57,414 nt of DNA from a virus (lineage: Duplodnaviria > Caudoviricetes), in IMG/VR virus record IMGVR_UViG_3300037041_002697, positions 1 through 57,414 of that record. One strand, written 5' to 3'. Every line of letters begins with the position of its first letter. Positions within the stretch are counted from its first letter, which is position 1. The notes below the pieces were generated by a model. The model searched no databases and was not told the origin of the DNA. It worked only from the letters and a program-made list of their open reading frames with translations. Below are positions 18,763 through 28,368 of the stretch, one piece after another. Position numbers and translations under genes: made by a program.

Positions 18763-18924
18763 ATGCAAAATGTAATCTATTTTATCATGATTGTCTCAAT
18801 CCTGATGAATATTGCCCTGGCAGGTGGCATTTATTACCTGCTTTACTATCTTATCAAGGGAAAATTCGAGATTCGCAAAGTTAACGGAAAGGTCGAATTT
18901 CGGGATAACGTAACAATTAAATAA
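18763..18924 (+). CDS. Small single-TM protein
   Basis: GGAG RBS before ATG 18763; long hydrophobic stretch. Confidence 0.55.
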   Translation: MQNVIYFIMIVSILMNIALAGGIYYLLYYLIKGKFEIRKVNGKVEFRDNVTIK

Positions 18925-18959
18925 GAATTTTTTAAACTTTTAGAAGGGAAATCTAAAAA

Positions 18960-20039
18960 ATGGCAAATCTTAAACTGACTGGTAAAAGTAGCCTGTCAAA
19001 AGTAACACCCGGCTGGGCACAAGTTCTGGCTGTAATCTTTATTATCAGTATTTGGTTAATTGTGGAGTTAATTTCTGCTAAAGGAACCGGAACCTGGTTA
19101 ATGCCTTTCACGTATGGCTTAACGGATAACCCGGTGCTGACAATTATTTTAACCGTATTATTAACTTTCGTGGTTCATGGTGGGCGTATTGCCTGCGGAT
19201 TTATTATGACTTGGAAGGACATTATCGGCATTCGCATTTTAATGGTCATTTTTATTTCAATATTTACGATTATTTCAATGTTCGGGAGTTATTCTACCAA
19301 TAATCGCTCAGTTGAGTTAGCAAAATTGGAAAGCTTCGATCTGACTTCATTACAGGAAGCTAAAACCGATGCCAGGAATAATATTGATCGCTTGCAAAAG
19401 CAACTAAATGACATTCCCCCCACCTGGAAAAAGTGGACTACTGTAAATAACCAATTACTCGCAGAGCAAGGTCGCCTGGAGCAACTTAATTCGCAAATTT
19501 CGGAAGCTCAGACCAGTGTTGGAGTTGATAAAATTCAGCTTTCACAAGGGCAAAACGTACAATCAAGGCTCTGGTTCTGGATTCTGATTGAATTTATCTG
19601 TATTACTTTTTCATTTTTAGGCTTTTCGTTAATCGACTGGGCAGATGGCGAAGCTAATCTGGCGGGAAATGTACTTGTAAGTTCCTCAGCCAGTCAAAAT
19701 AAAGTCAATCAATACGAACTAACAGAAGAAGACGATTTTCCTGCTCCTCAAATACAGGCAATACCGACAACCGCCAGCGCAAAAATGGGTTTTCAATCAA
19801 ATGACGTTGAAATCGATACGGAACCAGAATTACAAAAATATCAATCCGTATTCTTAGAGCGTAACAACAAACAACCGACCGTGCTGCAATTAAAAATTCT
19901 TAGGAAATATTTAAACCGAAAAGCCCGGCAGAAGTCAATCACCTTGAGAGCTATTTCAGAGGCTTTAAATTTTGAAGGTTCGCCAGTCTATGTCAAAGAC
20001 ACCTTGAATGCTTTTGGTATTAATACCAATCGCAGGTAA
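18960..20039 (+). CDS. Multi-TM coiled-coil protein with possible C-terminal HTH
   Basis: Three TM segments, coiled coil, a fourth TM, then ITLRAISEAL. Confidence 0.6.
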   Translation: MANLKLTGKSSLSKVTPGWAQVLAVIFIISIWLIVELISAKGTGTWLMPFTYGLTDNPVLTIILTVLLTFVVHGGRIACGFIMTWKDIIGIRILMVIFISIFTIISMFGSYSTNNRSVELAKLESFDLTSLQEAKTDARNNIDRLQKQLNDIPPTWKKWTTVNNQLLAEQGRLEQLNSQISEAQTSVGVDKIQLSQGQNVQSRLWFWILIEFICITFSFLGFSLIDWADGEANLAGNVLVSSSASQNKVNQYELTEEDDFPAPQIQAIPTTASAKMGFQSNDVEIDTEPELQKYQSVFLERNNKQPTVLQLKILRKYLNRKARQKSITLRAISEALNFEGSPVYVKDTLNAFGINTNRR

Positions 20040-20058
20040 ATTAACATGAACTTACTAA

Positions 20059-20140
20059 TGAACGGAAATTGTTCACTTTGTACTGCACAACTGGACAGTT
20101 TTCGTTCAGATTTTACAAACAGATGTTCGATTTTTGACCA
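20059..20140. promoter_or_regulatory. Cluster of 17-bp TG-N13-CA boxes (enhancer-like)
   Basis: tgaacggaaattgttca 20059, tggacagttttcgttca 20092, tgttcgatttttgacca 20124. Confidence 0.5.
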
Positions 20141-20360
20141 GTCTTTACAAAATTTCAAACGTTGGAAATTAAAAATTAACAATATTTTATTAAAGTAAAC
20201 TAACAACAAAAAATTAATAAAGAGTGTGTAATTTATATACATACGAACAAGCATAAATTATGCGTAAATTGGGTAAGTTTTATACACTCTGCGTAATTTC
20301 GCAGGGGTAATAGTTTGAAAAATATGGTAAAAATACCAACAAAAAGAGGAGAAATTTAAT

Positions 20361-20870
20361 ATGCCAGCAAATCCAAATTGTTTAACCGGGAAGTCCGACT
20401 GGGGAACGCCTGATTGGCTTTTCAATTGGTTTAATAACGAATTTCATTTCACTATTGACGGCGCTGCAGGGCATCGAAACCACAAGTGCAATCGTTATAT
20501 TACGGCTGAAGAAGACTTCTTTAAAGAAGCCCCTTATCTGCGAAACGAACGAATTTGGATCAACCCACCTTACACGCGGGGAATGATTCTCAAATTTGTC
20601 GAAATGTCAATTAAAATTTGTAGTAAAAACAATTTAATAGTTTTATTATTACCTTACGATGCAACAAAATACACGCGACTTTGCCATGAAAATGCTTACA
20701 GAATTTATTTACTAAGCCATCGTATTCGTTTTGTTGGAGCAGAGGCTTCTCCACCATTTTCTTCAATGGTGGTGCTTTTTGATAAGGATAGAATGTATAC
20801 TCAATATGTATATAAAGATATAGCCAGTATGCAGCCCGAAACTTGGGAAAAACTCTATCGGGGGAAATAA
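20361..20870 (+). CDS. Phage N6-adenine methyltransferase (PF05869 Dam type)
   Basis: WGTPDWLF, IDGAA, WINPPY, RIRF motifs. Confidence 0.9.
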   Translation: MPANPNCLTGKSDWGTPDWLFNWFNNEFHFTIDGAAGHRNHKCNRYITAEEDFFKEAPYLRNERIWINPPYTRGMILKFVEMSIKICSKNNLIVLLLPYDATKYTRLCHENAYRIYLLSHRIRFVGAEASPPFSSMVVLFDKDRMYTQYVYKDIASMQPETWEKLYRGK

Positions 20871-21466
20871 TGCCTGCTGGTTCCGTGCATAAAAAGGTTA
20901 ATATGAAAGTATTCAATCTCGGCCTGATTTTGATTATCTTTTCAGGCCGATTGAATTTACTTAGCCTGCTGCCAGGCTACATTTTCGGAACTTTTGTCTT
21001 GAATCTGGATTTAGACGTCAAAAGTTCGCCTTTCCAGGAACTCCTTTGGCCATTTTCAAAAATTTGGAATTGGTACGCCAGCCGGATGAATCATATTGAG
21101 TGGGGAACTCCCTTGATTGGCCAAAATACCAAACGCGGCAAAGGTCATGGCATAGTAATCGGAACCGGTTACCTGCTGACAATTTTCTTTTTTATTCACC
21201 TTGACATTGATTTCCTACTTGCACTCCTCTCAGGAGTTATTGCAAATTTTACGCTAACTGAAATTATGACTCAATTTTTTCAAAAATGGCTTACAATTCT
21301 TGGCAATGAAATTGCATTATTAAACGTGGTTGGTCTCTGGCTGTCGCATGTAGTTCATGCTTTAACGGATATGCTGGAGGATCGTACCCAAATCGAAAAG
21401 CCGACTAACGGCAAGGTAACAAAGAAATTTAGTATTAAATCAGTATTTATGAACAGGAAAAATTAA
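20870..21466 (+). CDS. DUF2227-like membrane metal-binding protein
   Basis: MPAGSVH, DLD, Y...MNH, GH and HVVH...D motifs with TM segments. Confidence 0.65.
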   Translation: MPAGSVHKKVNMKVFNLGLILIIFSGRLNLLSLLPGYIFGTFVLNLDLDVKSSPFQELLWPFSKIWNWYASRMNHIEWGTPLIGQNTKRGKGHGIVIGTGYLLTIFFFIHLDIDFLLALLSGVIANFTLTEIMTQFFQKWLTILGNEIALLNVVGLWLSHVVHALTDMLEDRTQIEKPTNGKVTKKFSIKSVFMNRKN

Positions 21467-21467
21467 G

Positions 21468-21692
21468 ATGAAATTTGATGAATTATTCCCAAACGTGATG
21501 CCATTAGGCCAGGCCGATTACCAGCAAGCCTTCATATTTCGCAGCAAAAAGTTAGGTATTTGCTGCATTTGTGGAGCCGAAACCACGTGGTGTGATGGTG
21601 ATTTTGAAGACTTTGTTTGTTCGCCTGAATGTGATGAACATCTCTGGGAAATGTATTTTGCAGCACTTGAAAAAGGAGAAGAAATAGAATGA
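21468..21692 (+). CDS. Small zinc-finger protein
   Basis: CCICG...VCSPEC. Confidence 0.6.
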   Translation: MKFDELFPNVMPLGQADYQQAFIFRSKKLGICCICGAETTWCDGDFEDFVCSPECDEHLWEMYFAALEKGEEIE

Positions 21693-24619
21693 ATTTAGAC
21701 TGGCAAAAATACAGCACCAAGCAAGTACCTGGTCAATATGTGGCCAATGCTCCTGTTCTCTTGCTGGGATGGTATCCTGGTAAAGAAGAAAATAATAGAG
21801 GCATTCCTTTCTGCGGTCAATCTGGAGATGAATTAAATACAATTTATTTACCATCAGCAGGATTGCAACGTTATAATTGCAATCTAGATTTCATCATTCA
21901 ATATCATTCCTGGAGTATGAAAAAAGCTTCCATAAATGATATTAATATAGCAAAACCCGAATTTTTTGATCGTTTGAAACGGATAAATTCAAAATATATT
22001 ATTGCCTTTAGTGATGCTAATTGTATGTTTCATTCGGCTGGTAATAAATTCAAAATTAGTAGTAATCGAGGAATTCCGTATGCCTGGAATGATAAAATAA
22101 TTTTACCAACATTTCACCCTGCTGCTGGTTTGAAAGCTGATAAAAAAGATCGGCAATATCCACGAACGATGTCATTTATTTTAGAAGACTTCAAATATTT
22201 CGGGCGTATTATTTCAGACGAGGAACCGTTTATTCCAATGCAGCCAAATGCTATTAAGACGATTCATATTAACAAACCAGGCCAGATAACAAAGCTCCTG
22301 CAGGATGTTCAAATAATTGCCGTTGATACGGAATTTAATCCCGAAACTGGCGACTTATGGAGCTTGCAGTTTTCTACAAATGCCGAAACAGGCTATCTGG
22401 TATTGACTGCGGATACAGACTTGATTCGTGAATTTGCCGAAATTGTCAATTCCCGAAAAATTGAAATAATATATCACAACGCTTTAGCCGACCTGCCAAA
22501 GTTGGAAAAAATTGGCATCCAGACGCATAAAATTCAGGACACCATGCAGATGGCGTATGTCCTGGGAACGCAATTGAAAGGTTTGAAACCTTTGACTGCC
22601 CGCTTATTGCATATTCGCCTGTCAGAGTATGAAACTGTAATCAACTCCGCGCAACAGTGCAAAGTGGCGGAGCATTTGGATCATATTCTGGAGCAGGAAA
22701 TTCCCGAAATTCCCCTGGAAATTGAATATAGCGTTGATGGCACGGGAAAGCCCAAGAAAGTAACGGAATTTAAAAAATGGTGGAAGTCGCTCTGCTTAAA
22801 AACTTTTGGTGACGAAAATCAATTGAAAATTGAAACCCAGAAATTTAACGATAAGTTTCTATTAGCCTTTAACGCTGATGACGAATTTAAATCGGCGGTC
22901 AAACAGGCCGAAGTTGATCGCAATCTGGAAATTTTCAAGCTGGAAAACAGTGGTAAAAAGATTGGCAAAAAGATTGAAACCGCGCATTCAAAGTTTAACA
23001 AATTGGTCATTAAATTCGCCAAACAGCGTGATGCAAAGAAGAAATACACACCTGAAAAATTCCAGTCCGATGTCCAGCGAGTGACGAAAAAGTTCTCTCC
23101 GAAGGGAACGAATCTGATAAAATCCTGGAAAAATTACGGTCATTGCAGCCAACTCGAAAACCTTTTCGGAAAGCCTGAACTCGCAACCCTGGCGGATGTT
23201 AACTTTACAAAAGCCTTGAAATATGCAGGCAGTGACCCGGCCTGTACCTTCGGAATCTGGGAAAAACTTACTGACCTGATAAAACAAGAAGATCAAAACA
23301 TGCGATCACGCATGCAATTTAATGGTGAAACAAGACAATATGAATATCTTTATCGACCTTGCTTGCTTAATGCCCTGCAAGTTGACTATAACTCAATGCC
23401 TTTAATTTGTGATGTTATCAATACAGGTTTCCGAATTGATGTTGACTATTTTCATCGAAAATCAGCAGAATGCAAGGTAATTATTGACCAGGCGCGGGAG
23501 GAAATTTTCTTTCAGGTTGGTCACAAATTTAATATTAATTCCAATCAGCAGCTTTTGAAAGTGTTGAATGACTTGGGCATCAAAGTGGAAACGACAAACG
23601 CAATGGTTCTTAAAGAGATTGAGCACCCATTTCTTGAATTACTTTCAAAGTATAAAAAAGCCATCAAATTGCATTCAACGTACTGGGAACCAATGCCCAA
23701 ATTAATTAAATCTGATGGCAGATTACATTCTGAATACTCAATTTCGCGGGCATCAACTTCCAGATTTAATTCATTCAATATGAATGCTCAAAATATTCCA
23801 CGTGAAGTCCGAACCGGTATCATTCCCGCGCCTGACTGCTCACTTTTTGCTATCGACTATTCCGGCCAGGAACTACGCATTTTGGCACATTTTTCACAAG
23901 ATGCTGAAATGCTGGAGACCTTCCGATTGGGTAAAAACCCACATAAGGAAGTCGCAGCGGAACTGTTTGGCGTCAAGCCATCCGAAGTAACGGATATTCA
24001 GAAATCAGTCGCTAAGGGCGTGAATTTCGGGATTCCATACGGTACGAGTGCGTTTGGCCTGGCTGCTACTTTGCAAGGTAAAGGAATTAAAGAAATTGAC
24101 GGCAGGCCGATGGATGAAACCCTGGCGCAAGAATACATTGACAAATATTTCCGAAAATATCCCGGCATTAAAGCCTGGATTGAAAAGGTGAAAAAAGAAG
24201 TGTCCGAATATGGTTATTCCGAAACCTATTCAGGCCACCGTAGGATGATTCCCGAAGCCTTCTCTTCGATTTGGAAAATCAAATCAGCAGCCGGTCGTTA
24301 TGGTGTCAATAACTGGATTCAGGGCACGGGCGGAGATATGTTAAAGCTTTGTTGTCCGGGATTGAAAGCCTTTTATACGCAATTTAACCAAATTGATAAA
24401 ATTTTACGTCCGATTATTTTAGTCCACGATGAAATCGTATGGGAGATTTCCGACCATATAGTGGTCAAAAATCTGCCAGTGGTGGTATGGTTTATGGAAA
24501 ATTCCATCAAATTGGACTTGCAAGTTAAGACGGAAGTCAAATATTCGCAAAAAAACTGGCAGGATTGCATGGAAACTCCGTTAGCGAAAGTAATCGAATT
24601 CTACGAGAAGCTGGCATAA
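21689..24619 (+). CDS. polA: Family A DNA polymerase with N-terminal uracil-DNA-glycosylase-like domain and 3'-5' exonuclease
   Basis: UDG-like GWYPGKEE..GIPFCGQSG and PTFHPAA; Exo motifs DTE, HNALAD, YAGSD; Pol motifs DYSGQELR, KGVNFGIPYG, VHDE. Confidence 0.95.
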   Translation: MNLDWQKYSTKQVPGQYVANAPVLLLGWYPGKEENNRGIPFCGQSGDELNTIYLPSAGLQRYNCNLDFIIQYHSWSMKKASINDINIAKPEFFDRLKRINSKYIIAFSDANCMFHSAGNKFKISSNRGIPYAWNDKIILPTFHPAAGLKADKKDRQYPRTMSFILEDFKYFGRIISDEEPFIPMQPNAIKTIHINKPGQITKLLQDVQIIAVDTEFNPETGDLWSLQFSTNAETGYLVLTADTDLIREFAEIVNSRKIEIIYHNALADLPKLEKIGIQTHKIQDTMQMAYVLGTQLKGLKPLTARLLHIRLSEYETVINSAQQCKVAEHLDHILEQEIPEIPLEIEYSVDGTGKPKKVTEFKKWWKSLCLKTFGDENQLKIETQKFNDKFLLAFNADDEFKSAVKQAEVDRNLEIFKLENSGKKIGKKIETAHSKFNKLVIKFAKQRDAKKKYTPEKFQSDVQRVTKKFSPKGTNLIKSWKNYGHCSQLENLFGKPELATLADVNFTKALKYAGSDPACTFGIWEKLTDLIKQEDQNMRSRMQFNGETRQYEYLYRPCLLNALQVDYNSMPLICDVINTGFRIDVDYFHRKSAECKVIIDQAREEIFFQVGHKFNINSNQQLLKVLNDLGIKVETTNAMVLKEIEHPFLELLSKYKKAIKLHSTYWEPMPKLIKSDGRLHSEYSISRASTSRFNSFNMNAQNIPREVRTGIIPAPDCSLFAIDYSGQELRILAHFSQDAEMLETFRLGKNPHKEVAAELFGVKPSEVTDIQKSVAKGVNFGIPYGTSAFGLAATLQGKGIKEIDGRPMDETLAQEYIDKYFRKYPGIKAWIEKVKKEVSEYGYSETYSGHRRMIPEAFSSIWKIKSAAGRYGVNNWIQGTGGDMLKLCCPGLKAFYTQFNQIDKILRPIILVHDEIVWEISDHIVVKNLPVVVWFMENSIKLDLQVKTEVKYSQKNWQDCMETPLAKVIEFYEKLA

Positions 24620-24627
24620 AATTTGTA
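24612..24627 (+). promoter_or_regulatory. sigma54-like promoter variant TGGCATAAAATTTGTA overlapping the polA stop
   Basis: Correct spacing, but GT instead of GC at -12. Confidence 0.4.
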
Positions 24628-24667
24628 ATTATGAGAAGTGAATTTTTAACAAAAGAGGGAAAATAAA

Positions 24668-24847
24668 ATGGCTAAAGTACGTTCAAATGAAGCTGGAATA
24701 AATATAATTCGCTTGCAAGAAGTTATTAACTATATCAAGCGTGAAATTCCCTGCACCTGTACTGAACCTGTAAGTGCTAATCAGTGCGAACGGTGTAGTA
24801 TTTTAACTAGTGTTTTGGCAGTTATTAACAGTATAAAATTTAATTAA
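24668..24847 (+). CDS. 59-aa Cys-containing protein (absent from the ORF track)
   Basis: GAGGGA RBS; MAKVRSNEAG...CTC...CERC...IKFN. Confidence 0.6.
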   Translation: MAKVRSNEAGINIIRLQEVINYIKREIPCTCTEPVSANQCERCSILTSVLAVINSIKFN

Positions 24848-24906
24848 TGAAGTAATGCAAAAATGATAAACTATAATGCTGAAAAATGAATATTTAAGGA
24901 AACAAA

Positions 24907-25398
24907 ATGGCAATGATAAACTATAATGTCAGGGAAGTACAACAGATTTTAAAACAAGCTGAGTATCTTAATTCACTTGAATTTGATAATCTGGTAATTC
25001 AATATGGAAGTGATTATCTTTTATTCTCTCCAGCATTTTTGGATGAATTTAAGGCCAAAAAACAGCCCAATGCCAAATTTTTTCATAATAATTATTTCCT
25101 GCCTGGTGTAATCGGAACCACACAAAATTTAGAACAAATAAAACCAGATGGTTTAGTAATTTCGATTGGGAGGGTACGGTATATTCTAAATTATTTAGAG
25201 ATCCTGGATTCCCGAAATTTTTCTTTAATTAACTGGTACGATGAATTTAAACGCCTGGAAATTGATCCAGTGGTTTCACAATTCTGGAAAGCCATCAATC
25301 GCAAAAATTCGGAATTTATCCGCCTGGGAGTGTATCTCCTGAAAGCGGAAAATGTTGGGCATATTTTAAATTACAAGGGGGATTTGCAACATGCTTAA
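24907..25398 (+). CDS. Hypothetical protein
   Basis: AAGGA RBS; 163 aa. Confidence 0.6.
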   Translation: MAMINYNVREVQQILKQAEYLNSLEFDNLVIQYGSDYLLFSPAFLDEFKAKKQPNAKFFHNNYFLPGVIGTTQNLEQIKPDGLVISIGRVRYILNYLEILDSRNFSLINWYDEFKRLEIDPVVSQFWKAINRKNSEFIRLGVYLLKAENVGHILNYKGDLQHA

Positions 25399-25669
25399 AA
25401 AATTATGGCAATTTTTACTAAACTTAAACGATTGGGCAGAAGAGAATCAGGTTGACAAATTGATTCACACTATCTTCTGTTTCACAGCGATCTACTTTAA
25501 TCAGGCTACCATTGCAGCTACAATCTTTGTTGCCTTTCTGGTCGAATTTGAACAATGGAATTGCCTGAGACGACCAGGAAAGACTTACATTTTAAACAAA
25601 TTAATTCCCGATTTAATCGCTGATGCCGCGGGGATATTATTAGCCGTTGTGTTCCAAATTTGGAACTAA
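25391..25669 (+). CDS. Small membrane protein (DKxxH...E..Q...D..AD..G, YfiM/VanZ-like)
   Basis: Motif pattern and TM segments. Confidence 0.55.
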   Translation: MLKKLWQFLLNLNDWAEENQVDKLIHTIFCFTAIYFNQATIAATIFVAFLVEFEQWNCLRRPGKTYILNKLIPDLIADAAGILLAVVFQIWN

Positions 25670-25764
25670 TTTATTCGCCTTTAGTTTATATCTCTTGAAA
25701 CTCCTTTTATTATAGACCAAGCAGCAGTTTTCATCATTGTTCTCCTCCTTAAGTGACGCAATGC

Positions 25765-25804
25765 AAATGCCCTGACCTTCGGCAAGTCGGGGCATTTTTA
25801 TTTT
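25765..25804 (+). terminator. Rho-independent terminator
   Basis: aaatgccctgac / gtcggggcattt stem plus T run. Confidence 0.8.
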
Positions 25805-25832
25805 AAACTAACAACAATGTATTACATTCCCC

Positions 25833-25861
25833 TTGACTTTTCAATGCAAAGTTAATATATT
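25833..25861 (+). promoter_or_regulatory. sigma70-type promoter TTGACT-N17-TATATT (packaging operon)
   Basis: Near-consensus hexamers, identical to those at 44615-44643. Confidence 0.75.
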
Positions 25862-25971
25862 CTAATTAGTTATTTACAGAAAATGTACGAAATTCATTCA
25901 TTTTTGCTAATGGGCTAAGTGATGAATTTATAATGACTTATAAAAAATAATGTACAAAAAAGGTTCAAAAA

Positions 25972-27168
25972 ATGCAAAAGCCAGCGGTAATCGAATTAAT
26001 GGTGGAACAGTTACGAATCGCAGATTGGAATTATAAAACAGGCCAAGTTAGTGCTGAAAAGCGAGAGCGTTTCCGAAATTCTATCAAGCAAGATTCAAGC
26101 GCGGGAGTCCTGGCGGTGCGCGAATTAGAAGACGGCAGCTATGAAGTCATTGACGGTAATCATCGGCTGGAAGAAATTATTGCTCTCGGCTGGGAAACTA
26201 TTCACTGCGAAAATTTCGGTAAAATTTCTCAAGCGCGGGCGGTGTTGATTTCACGCAGGCGAAATGCTTCCTGGTTTACGGATGACCAAAGGCGAATTGA
26301 CAACCTGATGCAAAATATTGTCAACCCGGAAATTCCGATTGAAGAGTATGCGAATTATATGCCCGATGACCTGCAGGAATACAAGAAGGAACTGGGAATG
26401 ACTGAAAAGGATACCGAAGCGCAAATTGATAAGGCTCAGGAGTTGTTAGCAAAATGGCAGGTTAAGCTGGGGCAGGTCTGGCAGTTAGGAAAGCATAAAA
26501 TTATCTGCGGTGATTGTACGGATTTGAAGGTGGTGGAAAAGTTGATGGGTGGGGAAAAAATTATATATGGTATTCAAGACCCACCGTATGGAATTTCTGT
26601 GGTAAATAAAACTATAGATGGTAATAAGTGTTTTGGTTCAATTGGAGGAAAAAATATTGTCAAAGCAAATCAATATACACCGATTATTAATGATGATAAA
26701 CCATTTGATCCAAAATACCTTTTATCGTTATGTGAAAATCAAATTCTTTGGGGAGCTAATTATTATGCTGATAAATTATTACCTAAAAAGGGGTGGATTG
26801 TATGGGACAAAAAGGGAAAAGACTGGGATGATAATTTTTCAGATTGTGAATTAGCCTGGACGCCTTTTAAAAAAGTAACAAAAATTTATCGTTATTTATG
26901 GATGGGTTTAGTTCAGGAAGGAAACCGTGAAAAGAGGGTACATCCAACTCAAAAGCCAGTTGGATTATATGAAAAAATTATAACTGATTATTTTACTAAT
27001 GATGGAATAATTATTGATTTTTTTCTCGGTTCCGGTACCACCCTAATCGCCTGTGAAAACCTAAACCGCCAATGTCGGGGAATCGAAATCGCTCCCGAAT
27101 ATATTGCCGTTACCTTGCAACGCTGGCAGGATCACACTGGAAAAACTCCTCAATTATTACAGGAATAG
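25972..27168 (+). CDS. ParB-like N-terminal domain fused to DNA methyltransferase
   Basis: YEVIDGNHR; GQVWQLGKHKIICGD; DPPYG; HPTQKP; DFFLGSGTT. Confidence 0.9.
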   Translation: MQKPAVIELMVEQLRIADWNYKTGQVSAEKRERFRNSIKQDSSAGVLAVRELEDGSYEVIDGNHRLEEIIALGWETIHCENFGKISQARAVLISRRRNASWFTDDQRRIDNLMQNIVNPEIPIEEYANYMPDDLQEYKKELGMTEKDTEAQIDKAQELLAKWQVKLGQVWQLGKHKIICGDCTDLKVVEKLMGGEKIIYGIQDPPYGISVVNKTIDGNKCFGSIGGKNIVKANQYTPIINDDKPFDPKYLLSLCENQILWGANYYADKLLPKKGWIVWDKKGKDWDDNFSDCELAWTPFKKVTKIYRYLWMGLVQEGNREKRVHPTQKPVGLYEKIITDYFTNDGIIIDFFLGSGTTLIACENLNRQCRGIEIAPEYIAVTLQRWQDHTGKTPQLLQE

Positions 27169-27172
27169 AATT

Positions 27173-27697
27173 ATGAGTAAATCTATAAACGAAATAAAAA
27201 AACAAAAAAGAGTCAACACTAAACATTTAAAGCAAAAAGTAGAAGCTGATATTTCACCTTCCGATTTGCAAAAAATACAGCAGGCTCCTGAAATACAAAC
27301 CAGTAAAGCCGATACAAATGAGTCTAATCGGCGTAGGAATATAATTTTAAATATGTTATTAGACGGTTATGGAACAGCCTCAATTATCAGTTTTTGTACG
27401 GCAGAATTTGGAATTAAGATTGATCAAATTCGTAAATACATTAAACAAGCCAAAGCGATGCTTGCCAAATTTGAGGAAAAGGACATATCGAATACAATTA
27501 CCTGGTATAAGGCAGCCCAAAAACGGTTATACAACCGAGCAGTACAAAGAAATAACTTATCAGTGGCCAAAGATGTATTGGAAAATATGGCCAAGTCCCG
27601 AAAATTCGATGCTCAAATCGGCACGGCGGAGAATCCAGTGCATGTGATTCAGATTGTAAGGCCGGAAGGTAACGAACCTGAGAAGGAGTCTAAATAA
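27173..27697 (+). CDS. terS: Putative terminase small subunit (HTH)
   Basis: HTH-like segment, C-terminal G...NPV; upstream of TerL. Confidence 0.55.
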   Translation: MSKSINEIKKQKRVNTKHLKQKVEADISPSDLQKIQQAPEIQTSKADTNESNRRRNIILNMLLDGYGTASIISFCTAEFGIKIDQIRKYIKQAKAMLAKFEEKDISNTITWYKAAQKRLYNRAVQRNNLSVAKDVLENMAKSRKFDAQIGTAENPVHVIQIVRPEGNEPEKESK

Positions 27698-28365
27698 TGC
27701 CCGCAATGGTACAGGCTTATGAGAATCCTGACTGCATATTTCCCAGTGATAATGACCTGGAAGTTCCCACCCTGAAATTAAACGGTCAGGTGAAGTTCTT
27801 ACAGGCTCCGCATCGTTTGTGGGGGAGTGGTACGAATCCCAGAAATAGGAAATACAATTCGGGCACGTGGTTTTTTTATACCGAAGATTACCGATTTGAA
27901 AACCTGTGGAAGCATCCTGAACAACTGCTAATTACAGGCTGCACGAATGCGAGTGAAATAAACTTCTCCTGCTATGCTGAGATGCCGTTGCCGATTGGAT
28001 TTTATCAGATATATCGGAAACGCTGGATTGCACGGTATTGGCAGGAATACGGCGTGAAGATTCTGGTGGATATGAATGTGAATAGTAAGTTTTTCAAAAT
28101 GAATTTATTAGGAGTCCCGAAGGGCTGGCGGGCGTATTGTACGCGCGGGTATAACGAACGCGTAAAATTCATTGAGGAACAATTTGCAATTTGTCAGGAA
28201 CAGGCGGGGTCGAATGATATTCTATTTGTAGTGTATGGTGGGGGAAAGTTAGTTCGGGCAGCCTGCCAGCACTATGGATGGATTCATATAGTTGAAGAGA
28301 TGGAACGGAAATTATTAGGTTCAGGGAATGAAATGAAATTATTAAACTTTAATCAGGGAGTCTAA
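27697..28365 (+). CDS. DUF4417-family protein
   Basis: FYTEDYRFENLW.HP, NFSCY...P, YRKRWIARYWQEYG, VVYG. Confidence 0.75.
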   Translation: MPAMVQAYENPDCIFPSDNDLEVPTLKLNGQVKFLQAPHRLWGSGTNPRNRKYNSGTWFFYTEDYRFENLWKHPEQLLITGCTNASEINFSCYAEMPLPIGFYQIYRKRWIARYWQEYGVKILVDMNVNSKFFKMNLLGVPKGWRAYCTRGYNERVKFIEEQFAICQEQAGSNDILFVVYGGGKLVRAACQHYGWIHIVEEMERKLLGSGNEMKLLNFNQGV

Positions 28366-28368
28366 ATC

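Noticed and set aside
22620-23190. Intein or intron in polA
   Set aside because: No His-Asn-Cys/Ser/Thr junction or LAGLIDADG motif, and the reading frame is continuous.
24862-24928. 17-bp direct repeat aatgataaactataatg, 50 bp apart
   Set aside because: A single local duplication of a gene start in AT-rich DNA; no wider pattern.
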